Origin: a virus
Length of the DNA: 64,000 nucleotides
Virus record (IMG/VR): IMGVR_UViG_3300044511_000233
Coordinates: 1 to 64,000 of that record
Direction: 5' to 3' (one strand)
Below, piece by piece: positions 1 to 10,280 of the stretch. The translations under genes and the position numbers were made by a program. The notes under the pieces were generated by a model. The model was given only the letters and a program-made list of their open reading frames with translations. It was not told where the DNA came from and made no database searches. The first letter of the stretch is position 1; every line of letters starts with the position of its first letter.

Positions 1-285
1 TGAAGGCATTTGAATGCGAAGAGGGGTCTTACCGTCAGTATTGGATTTCAAATGGAAGAAAAACTGGAGCATCTGACGCGCATAAATCTCGATGTCGTTC
101 CTGACATGGTCCTGAACCGCAGCAAGCCGCTCAACAGTTTTCTCCTTAGCGATTCTATCAGCTCGATCCTGAACAGCATCAAGAATTAGCTGTTTAGCGG
201 CAATAGCCACTGTGGCAGGGTTTGATGAGCTATCAAAACGACCTGCCCTACGGTCAGTTGGACCAACTTTTATGACAATCTTCAT
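1..285 (-). CDS. Partial structural (neck/tail-completion region) protein, runs off the left edge
   Basis: ATG at 285 overlaps the HNH stop (TAATG). The frame MKIVIKVGPTDRRAG... stays open to base 1. It lies downstream of the head-closure genes. Confidence 0.55.
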   Translation of the reverse strand, partial: MKIVIKVGPTDRRAGRFDSSSNPATVAIAAKQLILDAVQDRADRIAKEKTVERLAAVQDHVRNDIEIYARQMLQFFFHLKSNTDGKTPLRIQMPS

Positions 286-935
286 TAGGCTACCCGCGCA
301 AATTCACCATGATATTTGAGACGAGCTTCACAAACCTTAACATGAGCTTCTTCTGGCGTATCAAATAAGCCAAGATACACTCTCTTCCTGTTCACAGTAA
401 TATACGTCTGATATTTACCAGATAATTTATGAAGACTAACACCCTTAAAACCAGTTGTACTAGATGTAGATAGTTTAAGATTATACCCATTCTGTAAGCG
501 CGTTGCTGGTCGCAAATTTTCCCATTTACTATTACCTACATCTCCATCCTTATGATCTATCTCATCATGGGGCCATGCTCCTTCCATTATAAAATACGCT
601 AATCGGTGTTCGCTATATCTCTTAGCATAAATCTTAATATACCTATAACCGTCAGGTTTATTCACACAGCCCGCACGTTTTCCGGCCCACTGGGAGTTCC
701 AACGATTACATTCCCACTCTCTATCACGCTCCTTATCAGTCCAAATCAGGTCAGGAGTTCTCTCACGCCAATAGAACTCTCCAGTTTCTGGATTATAATC
801 CAGCAATCGTCTAACAATATCGACTGTCAGTTCAAAAACTACACAACCTGAAACAGCTTTATTTACCCGTGCAAAACCCATCAATGCCTCCTGTCTAAGA
901 GGCTGTAAAATAACAAATCTACGTTTTATGCCCAA
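285..935 (-). CDS. HNH homing endonuclease with C-terminal AP2-like domain
   Basis: LDYNPETGEFYW N-terminus, IDHKDGDVGNSKWENLR HNH motif, GFKGV...YLGLFDTPEEA. True start may be 881 or later. Confidence 0.9.
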   Translation of the reverse strand: MGIKRRFVILQPLRQEALMGFARVNKAVSGCVVFELTVDIVRRLLDYNPETGEFYWRERTPDLIWTDKERDREWECNRWNSQWAGKRAGCVNKPDGYRYIKIYAKRYSEHRLAYFIMEGAWPHDEIDHKDGDVGNSKWENLRPATRLQNGYNLKLSTSSTTGFKGVSLHKLSGKYQTYITVNRKRVYLGLFDTPEEAHVKVCEARLKYHGEFARVA

Positions 936-938
936 ACA

Positions 939-955
939 AGTCTCTATCAGAGACT
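939..955. promoter_or_regulatory. Palindrome AGTCTCT-ATC-AGAGACT (copy of the recurring motif)
   Basis: Perfect 7-bp arms with a 3-nt spacer at a gene boundary. Confidence 0.65.
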
Positions 956-1484
956 ATTCTATTTCAACCATTAAAATCCCATAGACAATATATTTTCGTC
1001 GAACCATCCGACCGTCAATCAGATCATTCAATTGAACATCTGAACCTGTCAATACCCGCGACCTGTCCGTCCCAATATGAGTCTGACGATCAACTGACTC
1101 GCGCCCATAAATCTCGATCGCACACCAAATCAATCCTAGATCCTGTATTCCACTGCCTTTAGGTAGTCCCGTTACTAAATCGGTTGTCTGTGTCTCTCGT
1201 TTCCACGAAGCGTGCGTCGTAACAGGAAACATTTTGAGCACGCGCGTATGTAAGCTTCTATCATGTTCCGCGAGCAAGAAACGACGCCCTTGAGCATCGA
1301 CAACAACCATTCCTGGCTGCGCCAACTCTTCAGTGCGAACATGCAAGACAAGTCGAGTCTCGAGGAAATTAGAGAGCGCTGCAACACCCTCCTTAGCGAG
1401 CTGGATAGAGCCACGAAAACGGGGGCCGTTCTCAGCCTGGAGCCACTCATCAAATCGTGAAAATGAGCGCTGGAGAGTCCTCAC
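954..1484 (-). CDS. Putative head-closure/head-tail joining protein
   Basis: Position and size downstream of the adaptor gene. No diagnostic motif. Confidence 0.5.
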   Translation of the reverse strand: MRTLQRSFSRFDEWLQAENGPRFRGSIQLAKEGVAALSNFLETRLVLHVRTEELAQPGMVVVDAQGRRFLLAEHDRSLHTRVLKMFPVTTHASWKRETQTTDLVTGLPKGSGIQDLGLIWCAIEIYGRESVDRQTHIGTDRSRVLTGSDVQLNDLIDGRMVRRKYIVYGILMVEIE

Positions 1485-1486
1485 GA

Positions 1487-2203
1487 CTACCCCGTGATGA
1501 CGTCAGTGGGTGAAGTAAAGATCGCAAGAGGAACGTCAGCAAGCTGAGTATCAGTCGTCTGCGCAAGCAACGAAGCACGACGTGATGCGAGCTCTTCGGC
1601 AATTGCATCCCAGTCAGGACTCGTTCGGAAGCGCTGCCATGTCTTGCCGCCGTCGCCCACCGTCATCGGAGTTCTCAACCGTAATGATGGAATCACATCG
1701 ATAGCTGCGGTGACCCCAATCAGCAGGTTTGCTGACGCCTCTGTTAGTGTTCCGGACGAAAGAGCAGCAGCTAGCGCTGTCTGGGATATCTCATCCTCTA
1801 CCTGCAGAAACGCAGCGAAAAGGTCAATCTCGTCGTCGAGGAGCTCATCCGCGTTAAGACCAAGCAGGCTGCGCACATCATCAGCCGACACATTATGGTT
1901 CAAGATCGGCAGTACGCGGTAGAAAGTGCGCCAAGTATAGCCTTGTCCACCCGTCGTCCACGTCACAATAACCTGACGCTTCTCGAACCGCTTGCCAACG
2001 CCGATCGTTTGCTGACCCGCGGAGATTGGAATCGTGACGCCAGTGTCGATTGACCCCGTCGTGATCAGCGTTGGTCCCGAGATCAACGTCCCATCATGGG
2101 CATAGAGCGACCAGTAGACCGAATTTGCGTCTGGAACCAAAGAACCGAGAGGGCCGACAAAATCGACCCTCAACGAAACTGCGGTGTTGACGAAGGTGTC
2201 CAC
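1487..2203 (-). CDS. Putative head-tail adaptor protein
   Basis: Synteny after the MCP. C-terminal half has an adaptor-like 'SADDVRSLLGLNADEL.DDEI' pattern. Confidence 0.55.
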   Translation of the reverse strand: MDTFVNTAVSLRVDFVGPLGSLVPDANSVYWSLYAHDGTLISGPTLITTGSIDTGVTIPISAGQQTIGVGKRFEKRQVIVTWTTGGQGYTWRTFYRVLPILNHNVSADDVRSLLGLNADELLDDEIDLFAAFLQVEDEISQTALAAALSSGTLTEASANLLIGVTAAIDVIPSLRLRTPMTVGDGGKTWQRFRTSPDWDAIAEELASRRASLLAQTTDTQLADVPLAIFTSPTDVITG

Positions 2204-2213
2204 AAAGGACCTC

Positions 2214-2582
2214 TTACGCGGCAGGCTTCACGATTGGCGTGCCTCTGGAAGCAACGGGCGCGGGCGGCACGGGCGGCGCGGGCGGTGCGGGCGGTGCGGG
2301 CGGTGCTTTCTTCCCAAACGTTGTCAGGAACGACTCGCGCGCGAGGTCCAGATCGAAGTCGCTCTCAGCGTAATACTTCAACCACTCAGCGTCAGTCGAT
2401 TCGTCGCTCAACTCGGCAACGATACGAACCTGTCCGATCGCGATCCGATGCGCCACGAAATTGGTGCGATGGACAACCGTATAACCCTCATGACGGATCG
2501 TCGGGTTGCGACGATCATGATCGACGAGCTGATAAGCTCCATGCGTCTCGACCAAAAGCATTGGACCAATCCTCCACATCAA
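2214..2582 (-). CDS. Hypothetical virion-associated protein with Pro-rich tail
   Basis: APP/VPP repeats encoded by a 9-bp tandem repeat. Confidence 0.6.
   Translation of the reverse strand: MMWRIGPMLLVETHGAYQLVDHDRRNPTIRHEGYTVVHRTNFVAHRIAIGQVRIVAELSDESTDAEWLKYYAESDFDLDLARESFLTTFGKKAPPAPPAPPAPPVPPAPVASRGTPIVKPAA
2260..2306. repeat. 9-bp tandem repeat (RCGGGCGGY)x5
   Basis: Read directly from the sequence. Encodes APPAPPAPPVPPAP. Confidence 0.9.
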
Positions 2583-2585
2583 GGG

Positions 2586-3152
2586 TCAGGCAGCTCGTGC
2601 GAACTCGCCGTGATATTTGAGACGAGCCTCACAGACTTTGACATACGCCTCTTCAGGGGTATCAAAAACTCCTAGATGATATTGAACACTGTGAACCGTA
2701 ATTCTCGCGATCCACTTCTGTCTCTGTATATGGAAATGAACACCCTTATAGCGGCGTCCTCGAAAGGTTCTTCTGTTCCATGCATTCTCGGACTTGGTTG
2801 CCTTCCGTAGATTTCCCCACCTATTATTCAAAGAATCGGTATCCCTATGGTCGATGTCTTTATCAGGCCATACACCCCTCTTCATGGCCCAAATGACTCG
2901 GCTAGACTTATAAAGTCGCTTGCCTAAGCGAATACAGTGAAACTGATACCCATCCTTAGGATCGGTATGAACGCTACCGGCTTCTTTCCCTGCAAACAGA
3001 GTGTTCCATCGCTTCATTAGTCGCGCGGGAGAATACTTACCTTCCGCAAAATGAGACTCGTTCCTCAGCCGCCAGAACAGCTTTCCTGTATCCTCTTCAT
3101 ATCGAAGAAATTCACGAAGCTCTTCAGGAGTATGAGACTCTCTCATTAACAA
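2586..3152 (-). CDS. HNH homing endonuclease (HNH-AP2)
   Basis: IDHRDTDSLNNRWGNLR motif. C-terminus nearly identical to that of 285..935. Confidence 0.9.
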   Translation of the reverse strand: MLMRESHTPEELREFLRYEEDTGKLFWRLRNESHFAEGKYSPARLMKRWNTLFAGKEAGSVHTDPKDGYQFHCIRLGKRLYKSSRVIWAMKRGVWPDKDIDHRDTDSLNNRWGNLRKATKSENAWNRRTFRGRRYKGVHFHIQRQKWIARITVHSVQYHLGVFDTPEEAYVKVCEARLKYHGEFARAA

Positions 3153-3203
3153 CCTCGAGTTCAGTCAGGTGAGGTAAACCCCACCCGACTGAATATCGTA
3201 AAA

Positions 3204-4394
3204 TTACGCACCAAAGTTGAAGATCGAACGCGTGTCGTCGAACACGAGGCGAGGACCCGAAGTCTCCGTCCGCACATAGGTCACCGACTGATTGAGCACC
3301 GACTGCTCGGACTCATTGATCAGCGACCCAGCCTCGACGAGCTGCTCCAACGTCTCGCCCTTGATGAAGCCGACGAGCTGGTTCGCCGGAGCCGTCGAGG
3401 AGAGGGCGAAGTTCACCTGACCCTGAAGGATCGGCACGCCGCCGATCTGGAAGCCCGAACGCGCAAGGTTCTCAGCCGCGGTGCGGTCGCCGCCATTGGC
3501 GATCGGCAGCGCGAACAGGAGCAACCACTGCAGGTAAGCGTCCCAATTTCCAACAAGAGTATCTACCGGGGTTCCTGCCTGAGCACGCGCCACGAGCCAC
3601 GCCAGCAGATGCTTATAGCTCAGGGTGCCATTCGTCGCCGTGCCGACTGCACCACCGTTATAGCTCGACTGATTGATCACGCCGGCCGCTGCCGCCACAC
3701 CGTCGCCATTGATGAGCAGGTCCGTCGCGGCGCCGACCTTCGAGCGCTCGAGCTCGCGGTTGAGGCGGTTGGCGTAGGGCGTCAGCAGATCGAGGCGAGC
3801 GCGGCGCGAGAACTCGTAGGAGGTCTTGTAGCCACCGCCGATCTTCCAAATCTTGACGCTCTTCTCGGTCGTGCGGATCGACTTGACCGGAATGTTCGTC
3901 AGCTCGGGGATGACCGACGCGCCCTTGTAGTCACCCGCGGCGTCATCGACGAGCGTCGTGATCATTTCAACGCCGCTGATCGTGCGCGTGGAAGCAACGA
4001 GAGCATCAATGCGCTCGAACTGATCCTGACGATACTTCCACTGGACGAGATCATCGATGACCGGCGGGAAAAGTGCGCGGGTGCCAGGGAACGTCTGGAA
4101 CGTGTCCGAGGCTAACTCGAGAGTGATGCCGGCGTCGAAATCATCCTTGACCGGCAGGCCGAGATACATCAGCGAGGCTTCGTAGCCGTTCAGGCCAGTG
4201 AAATCCGCTTTGCGATTGGACATCGTCGGGTCAATGGCAAGGCGCAGATAATCGCGCAAGCCGAGGCCGTAGCTCTTTGCGGTCTCGACAAGCTTCGTGC
4301 CCGCTTCCTTCGAAGCAGAAGGGGACTCGCTACGGAGCCCCGCAAGCAGCGTCTCGGGGGCGACGCGCTGGATGGTAGAAATCGATCGAAACAT
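3204..4394 (-). CDS. Major capsid protein
   Basis: 396 aa with strongly biased codons, after the scaffold and decoration genes. Has an HK97-like 'K.GGGYKTSYE' segment and a downstream hairpin at about 3160-3193. Confidence 0.85.
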   Translation of the reverse strand: MFRSISTIQRVAPETLLAGLRSESPSASKEAGTKLVETAKSYGLGLRDYLRLAIDPTMSNRKADFTGLNGYEASLMYLGLPVKDDFDAGITLELASDTFQTFPGTRALFPPVIDDLVQWKYRQDQFERIDALVASTRTISGVEMITTLVDDAAGDYKGASVIPELTNIPVKSIRTTEKSVKIWKIGGGYKTSYEFSRRARLDLLTPYANRLNRELERSKVGAATDLLINGDGVAAAAGVINQSSYNGGAVGTATNGTLSYKHLLAWLVARAQAGTPVDTLVGNWDAYLQWLLLFALPIANGGDRTAAENLARSGFQIGGVPILQGQVNFALSSTAPANQLVGFIKGETLEQLVEAGSLINESEQSVLNQSVTYVRTETSGPRLVFDDTRSIFNFGA

Positions 4395-4436
4395 TTGCGT
4401 CTCCTGAGACGAGATGGGGTGGCCGAAGAGCGAGGA

Positions 4437-4856
4437 TTACTTCTTCAGCACAACGACATGCGTCGTGCCGATGACTTCGATGACAAGATTGTCGGTCGGG
4501 TCAGGGGTGGGGGTCGCCGTCACCAAACGCTGCGTGACGCCGCCCGTAGCAGCGCCCGAACCAACAGCGGTGTCACCGACAACGATGGTCGCACCCGCAC
4601 CGATCGGTAGCTTCATAATGCCGCTGACCGAAACAGAGCCGACCACCTGCGAAGCCGAGCGCACCTCAACCGTTTCAAGCCGGCCAAGGATCGGGTCTTG
4701 CGCGCCAGCGAGCTTCACCTTATTGGGCGCAGTAGCGTCGAGCGTCACAGCCTTGCCGATGTCGGCCGTAGTGAGCGTCGTCGGCAAGTTGAACGCGATA
4801 TACGCATGGGACGGGATGATGTCGTAGTTTCGAACGACGTTATGGAAGGGGGTCAT
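4437..4856 (-). CDS. Capsid decoration/cement protein
   Basis: 139 aa, beta-rich, immediately upstream of the MCP. Confidence 0.7.
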   Translation of the reverse strand: MTPFHNVVRNYDIIPSHAYIAFNLPTTLTTADIGKAVTLDATAPNKVKLAGAQDPILGRLETVEVRSASQVVGSVSVSGIMKLPIGAGATIVVGDTAVGSGAATGGVTQRLVTATPTPDPTDNLVIEVIGTTHVVVLKK

Positions 4857-4883
4857 ATGGATCGATCCTTCTTAACCAGTGAA

Positions 4884-5984
4884 TTAGCGAGCGCTCTTGA
4901 AGGCACCCGAGGAGAATTGCCCCACCTTCTCGTTCCCTTCAGAACGATGCGCGGGATCCGTGTGAGAGGTGGGGAGCGAGAGCTTCACACCCTTCACCAA
5001 GGTGACGATGTCCTCGATCTTCTCCGGCGCGGAATCCGTGACACGGCCGCTGATCGTCAGAACGTGCTTGGCGATGTCTTTGAGCGCGTCGACCGCGCCG
5101 CTGAACGCGGACAGGCGCGTCACTTCGGCCTTGGACGTGATGAGCTCAGTGTCCTTCGCAGCGAGAGCGGAGACCGCTTCGTCGCGGGCCGCAACGGCGG
5201 CATCACGTTCGGTGATAAGAGTGTCGCGTTCCGACGTCAGAGCGATGTTCTTCGCCTTCTCATCGGTCAACTGCTGCACAAGTTCCTTCAGGTCCATGGA
5301 AGTTTTCTCCGACGTCAGATCAGCGGACGACAGCAAAAGAGTGAGCATGGAGGCCGCTGATCCATCCGCCGCGAGGCGGGCCTCCGAAGACTTCTGAATA
5401 CGAGCCCCTTTGATCCCGCCCTGACCAACCAGAGAAAGCTCAAACCATCGGTCGAGTTGACTGATCACCAGATGGTGACCGTTCTCACCCATGGTGTGGC
5501 CTTCCGGGTCAGTAGCGGACCAGATATTGTCGAAGGACGCGTTGGGGCCGAAGAAATCGAAACCACACGTGGAGCAGAGCGCTGCCTTGGGGAGTGTTGC
5601 GACAGAAACCTGATCGATGGTACCGTTCTCAATCAGGTTGATAATGTCTGCATGAGTCGAATCGACCCAGAACAACACACGAAGTTCGGAACCGACCACA
5701 TCGCCGAAAAAGGCTCGACCGAGCGGGAGCACTTGATCGTTGTGCATCGTCTGCAGAGGAAGACTCTCAGCATTGAGAGCATCCCGCATCTGCGTCATGA
5801 AATCGAGGGTATGAACCGCATCCTTATAGAGTGGGTGCCGTTTACGAACAGGCAGCGTGTTGAGCGCCGTGGCTTCGAAAACGACAACCTTCTCCGGGTC
5901 CGCACCTGCAGTTTGCAATCGCTGCCGGAGAAGATCAGTCAGGGGAACACGCTTCATTCGAAAAGGGTCCGTAGCGGGGATCAA
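4884..5984 (-). CDS. Prohead protease-scaffold fusion
   Basis: N-terminal protease-like part (LQTMHN, VSV, CSTCG, FELSLVGQG) and a C-terminal coiled coil. Confidence 0.7.
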   Translation of the reverse strand: MIPATDPFRMKRVPLTDLLRQRLQTAGADPEKVVVFEATALNTLPVRKRHPLYKDAVHTLDFMTQMRDALNAESLPLQTMHNDQVLPLGRAFFGDVVGSELRVLFWVDSTHADIINLIENGTIDQVSVATLPKAALCSTCGFDFFGPNASFDNIWSATDPEGHTMGENGHHLVISQLDRWFELSLVGQGGIKGARIQKSSEARLAADGSAASMLTLLLSSADLTSEKTSMDLKELVQQLTDEKAKNIALTSERDTLITERDAAVAARDEAVSALAAKDTELITSKAEVTRLSAFSGAVDALKDIAKHVLTISGRVTDSAPEKIEDIVTLVKGVKLSLPTSHTDPAHRSEGNEKVGQFSSGAFKSAR

Positions 5985-6099
5985 TTTCGAATGTGGAAAG
6001 AGATTAGATGAGGTTCAATCGAGTAAGTAAACTCGCAACGATAAGATGAAATATTAAAATCGCAACACTAATAGAACTGTAACTATCACATAATTAGCA

Positions 6100-6954
6100 T
6101 CAACTGATAAGAGCCTTCAGTGCAATCAGTTCAGAGCGCGTGAATAGCACCCCTGCTATTATCACCTCTTGATGATGACTATCACCGATGACAATCTGAT
6201 TGTCTACTGTCGTATAACTATCAGCCCCAATAGCTATAGAATTTACAACATCAGACTTTTGATTAATATTATTACCGGAATTGGCCCCCAAAAATATATT
6301 GTCATAACCTAGACGCAATGATTGTCCCACGTCAAATCCGACGCCCACATTGCGATCACCTAGATCGCTGACTCCAGAACCTCCAAAAGCTCCTGAACCC
6401 AAACCAACATTGGAATTTCCGATGCTACGGGACAGCGCTGCAGCAAAGCCAAGCATAACGTTATAATCACCATTACCGCTCTCAAAAGAGCGATATCCCA
6501 TGGCGCAATTGCCTATGCCTGATACACTATAGCGCCCAACACTATCCCCGACTCCTGTATTATTGCCTCCTTCAGGAATCATTGACCAGCCCAGACGACC
6601 AATTACGGTCGTCCCGGTGCCAGTAATCATATTTTTAAGAGATTCGCTGCCAATTCCGATACAATCAGACGCCGCCGTAGCATACCTTAATGTCTGATAA
6701 CCAATGGCGATACTATGCGATAAATTAAGTTGCTGAGACAATGCAAAATCACCAAAAGCAATATTGCCTCCTCCTTGCTCAACCGCACCCAACGCACTGA
6801 AACCAGCTCCAATATTTCCCCCACCAACGACCATATCTCTTCCAGCTTCGCCGAAAAAATAATTACGGTAGGGGCTACCACCGATCCGTATAACTACCCG
6901 ACCATCCATTCGAGCGACGTAGCATCCGTCACCGCCGATTGTGGCTTCACTCAT
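6100..6954 (-). CDS. Gly/Asn-rich beta-roll (YadA-head-like) fibre/adhesin protein
   Basis: Repeated N.A(I/V)G / SIAIG motifs with about 14-residue periodicity. Confidence 0.7.
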   Translation of the reverse strand: MSEATIGGDGCYVARMDGRVVIRIGGSPYRNYFFGEAGRDMVVGGGNIGAGFSALGAVEQGGGNIAFGDFALSQQLNLSHSIAIGYQTLRYATAASDCIGIGSESLKNMITGTGTTVIGRLGWSMIPEGGNNTGVGDSVGRYSVSGIGNCAMGYRSFESGNGDYNVMLGFAAALSRSIGNSNVGLGSGAFGGSGVSDLGDRNVGVGFDVGQSLRLGYDNIFLGANSGNNINQKSDVVNSIAIGADSYTTVDNQIVIGDSHHQEVIIAGVLFTRSELIALKALIS

Positions 6955-6969
6955 TTTCTCGCTACTCCA

Positions 6970-7716
6970 TTATCTACCAAGCGCGGCCAACAGCTCAGCC
7001 ATCTTGGTAGAAAACCGCCGACCTAGAATGATTTGCGAGGCTGTCGTTCGATGGAACAGATCACCGGGTTTCATGGTAAGATCATTCGCGGTGACGCGAC
7101 CAACGTTAGAAGGCAGCGTCATGTTAGTTTGGGCTGTCACCATCTCCGCCCAATACGGATAACCTGGGTCGTTAGGGTTAGGATCAAGAATAGGAAACAC
7201 TACCGGGAGAGTAGGGTCGCTCAGATCCCCTCGAACATCGGCAACAAACTGCGTGAACGCCGCAGGCCACGCATTTACCAATGCCAGGGATGATGTTTCA
7301 GTCGCTCCCTGATCAAATACTAGCCCCTTGAGTGAACCAGAGGATGCAGCCTCCTGTAATCTCGCAATCATCGATCCATAGAGAGTTGATCGACTAAGAT
7401 TACGCCCCCAATCGGCCATGCTGCTGGCGCCCTTTGCGCCAGGGACAAGGCCGACAGGTCTCCCTGGGCGCAGATTGAACATCTCATCCCCAAACGCTAG
7501 CCCGAAACCAACACCGGGCGAAACATCTGATGAAACTGCGTCAACCTGACCTATCTCAGAATCAATAGGCTCACTCGCATAAACCCATTTTCCGGCGTTG
7601 TTGTAATTCAGAATTTTTATGTAATTCGTAAGAACCGGCATTTCACTGAGTAGACCACGGCCGGATGGATTAGATTGACCTGCAATCCCATAAATGTCAG
7701 GGTAATACTGCATCAT
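6970..7716 (-). CDS. SGNH/SASA-family carbohydrate (sialate O-acetyl) esterase
   Basis: GQSN block I, QG.TE block III and C-terminal DxxH (DLFH). Confidence 0.85.
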   Translation of the reverse strand: MMQYYPDIYGIAGQSNPSGRGLLSEMPVLTNYIKILNYNNAGKWVYASEPIDSEIGQVDAVSSDVSPGVGFGLAFGDEMFNLRPGRPVGLVPGAKGASSMADWGRNLSRSTLYGSMIARLQEAASSGSLKGLVFDQGATETSSLALVNAWPAAFTQFVADVRGDLSDPTLPVVFPILDPNPNDPGYPYWAEMVTAQTNMTLPSNVGRVTANDLTMKPGDLFHRTTASQIILGRRFSTKMAELLAALGR

Positions 7717-7722
7717 TACCTC

Positions 7723-9960
7723 TCAAACAATCGACCGTAAGGTCACATGTCCCGTATCAATATTCACAGCGGGAAAAAACAACCTAAGATGGGTCAATCT
7801 ACTAATTGTCGGAATTTCAGCCTCGCCGTGCAGATATTGGATAATGCCATCCGAATTCTGCCGATATCTGATCGAGAAAAGAAAAGTTTTATTTGCATTC
7901 GTTTCAAGTGGATTAAGCACTTTGATAACACCACCTATCATCGAAGACGTCCCTGCTTTCTGCGTTCCCGAGAGAATGATCTTCGTATCGCCATAGTGGC
8001 TACCAGCATAGGATGGCGTTGGCGTGGAGGTCGCCGGAATGACCTGCCACGCATAATCATTGCTTGCGTTGAGATAGCCGACTCCGCCGTTATCCGACGC
8101 CTGCATATGCAATTGCGCCGCAGAGGCCGGCAGCATTTTGTGGATGGTGATTTCGTGCGATTTGTATCCGTTCGGCAGCGGTATGATGAGGTCCGCTTGC
8201 GACGCCGCACTAATGAAAGTCGATATCTCTGTCGGCGCGCCGATCACGTCGAACGCGGAGTAGCCATCGCAGACGATCGCGCCGCTTTGTCCTGGGAGCA
8301 AGTCGAACGTCGCGCGGCCGTCGATCAGCTCCGCCGAGCTCGGATCAATCGCGATGATCCCAGCCCCAATGTTCTTGACATAGATAACAAAATTTTCGCC
8401 CAATGTGGCCGCGGCGCCCAGCTCCATTGTCCATGAGCCGGAACAGCGGAACGTCGCGCCGATGTCGTCGGCGCCGACAGTGAATGCTGCGGTTTTGGTC
8501 GCGACGCTCGGGCGAATATTTCTGGCGACCTGCGCCTTTTCCGCCGTCGTGATCGTTTGCGCGGCATCGATCCGCACACGATTTCCGAGCGCAGCAAGCA
8601 TTGTGGTTGAAAAATTCGGATCATTGCCGAGGGCCGCCGCGATTTCGTTGAGAGTATCGAGCGCGGGGGGGGCAGCCGCGATCAGCGCGTCGACAGCCGC
8701 CTTGACGAAGGCCGTGCTGGCGAGCTGCGTCGTATTCGTGCCCGGTACCGCGGTCGGCGCCGTTGGAATACCGGCTAGAGCTAGATCACTCGCTAACTTG
8801 GAGCTCGTTACGTTAGCGTCAGTGATCTGCGTAGTAACCAATTGACCAGCTACATCACCAAACGCCGGCTGCGCAGCGACGGGGAGACCATCAATTCCAA
8901 TACTCGTCAGAAACTTTGTGGCAACCACCGCTAGGCTCTTAACACCCCCAAGTGTTGTAGAAGAGGGATTGGGCAGCCGCTCCGCAGGGAGCGTCCCACT
9001 GGAAATATTCCCTGCGTTCGTTGTATCAGTTGTCGCAGAAGCTACAAGACCTCCTATATCCGCCGCTACAAGAGTAACTGCTCCTGTCTTACCTGCAACC
9101 GACGTGACTTGATCGGTATTATCGATCTTGTCCCATGTCCCTCCATTGGAAACAATCCAATCTTGAAGCTTCCAATCAGACTCCCCATCAATGAGAGTAG
9201 TTCCAGCTACATTAACTTTATAGTAGTGACCCTTATTTGCTGCCGATGCCGCTGGTATCGCTGGAGTGTTGGTGTTGGCATTCCACGTTCCTTGATAGGC
9301 AAGAGAACCTAATACAGCAGCCGGTAATTGTGATGTTGGGATCTTACCCGCACTATCGAGAGTAGCCAGACCATTCGCCGCACCAGAGCCAAGATTGGTG
9401 CGCGCAGTAGGAATATCAGCTAGATCAGAAAGATTACTCGCTTTTTGCGCAGCTCCGGTGATACGGCTATCATCACCCGAGGCAACAGTTCCCGTCACTG
9501 TGCCTACGTTCTTGGTCGCCGCATCGCCTAGACCAAGATTCGTACGTGCGATCGGAATATTAACAAGATCAGAAAGGTTATTTGCAGCAACAACATCTCC
9601 TATGTTAGTGCCGTCAACCCCTTTCGCTGCTATCTTAATGAATTTTGTATTGTCGAAAGAGGCTGTAGACGTATGACCCGTAATACAGCTATAGGTTTCA
9701 CCTTGATAGGTAACAATGCTGATAGGGGGGATGCTACTATAAACAACTGACGAGGCCCATGCTGCAACAGACCCCCAAGCTACTGGACCTGTCGCGCCGG
9801 TAGGACCTGTCTCACCAGTCAACCCGGTATTGCCCTGAACACCTTGAATGCCCTGAACACCTTGAATGCCCTGAATGCCTTGAGGTCCCTGCGGACCTGT
9901 AGGGCCAGCAATAACCTCCACCTCAAGAACCGACCCAGAATCAAACAGTATATCAGTCAT
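7723..9960 (-). CDS. Fibre protein with N-terminal collagen-like repeat
   Basis: (GXY)n run [15 protein letters not shown]..., NLSDL..ARTNLG and [17 protein letters not shown] fibre motifs. Start MTDILF at 9960 overlaps the upstream stop. Confidence 0.85.
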   Translation of the reverse strand: MTDILFDSGSVLEVEVIAGPTGPQGPQGIQGIQGVQGIQGVQGNTGLTGETGPTGATGPVAWGSVAAWASSVVYSSIPPISIVTYQGETYSCITGHTSTASFDNTKFIKIAAKGVDGTNIGDVVAANNLSDLVNIPIARTNLGLGDAATKNVGTVTGTVASGDDSRITGAAQKASNLSDLADIPTARTNLGSGAANGLATLDSAGKIPTSQLPAAVLGSLAYQGTWNANTNTPAIPAASAANKGHYYKVNVAGTTLIDGESDWKLQDWIVSNGGTWDKIDNTDQVTSVAGKTGAVTLVAADIGGLVASATTDTTNAGNISSGTLPAERLPNPSSTTLGGVKSLAVVATKFLTSIGIDGLPVAAQPAFGDVAGQLVTTQITDANVTSSKLASDLALAGIPTAPTAVPGTNTTQLASTAFVKAAVDALIAAAPPALDTLNEIAAALGNDPNFSTTMLAALGNRVRIDAAQTITTAEKAQVARNIRPSVATKTAAFTVGADDIGATFRCSGSWTMELGAAATLGENFVIYVKNIGAGIIAIDPSSAELIDGRATFDLLPGQSGAIVCDGYSAFDVIGAPTEISTFISAASQADLIIPLPNGYKSHEITIHKMLPASAAQLHMQASDNGGVGYLNASNDYAWQVIPATSTPTPSYAGSHYGDTKIILSGTQKAGTSSMIGGVIKVLNPLETNANKTFLFSIRYRQNSDGIIQYLHGEAEIPTISRLTHLRLFFPAVNIDTGHVTLRSIV

Positions 9961-10280
9961 GATGGTATACCTTGTTGAACTGGTATCCGACCCCCAAACA
10001 GTCGGGTGTAACCACCTGGGGCATTCGTCCACGCTATCTCGAACACATAAGTGCGAGCCTGAAGATTCCCGGTATCTGCTGCAGTAAGAAAAACATCAAA
10101 AATCCCGTTAGCAGCGTCCGCAATTACAATTTTCGAGTTGTCTGTTGTGATATCGAGCACCGATAGCTGATCTGCCTTGGGAGCAATCCTCATCACAAGA
10201 TCTTTTCCACTCAACGAATAAGGAATTATCCCGTTCTTGAGAATAAACCGCATACCCCAGGAGGAGTTATTGTAGATCAT
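9957..10280 (-). CDS. BppU-like fibre attachment/adaptor protein
   Basis: '[16 protein letters not shown]...YVFEI...RLFGGRI' pattern, directly before the fibre gene. Confidence 0.6.
   Translation of the reverse strand: MIYNNSSWGMRFILKNGIIPYSLSGKDLVMRIAPKADQLSVLDITTDNSKIVIADAANGIFDVFLTAADTGNLQARTYVFEIAWTNAPGGYTRLFGGRIPVQQGIPS

Noticed and set aside
3609-6011. Long + strand ORFs opposite the head genes (and similar shadows elsewhere)
   Set aside because: Antisense shadows of GC3-biased real genes, with no RBS or motifs.
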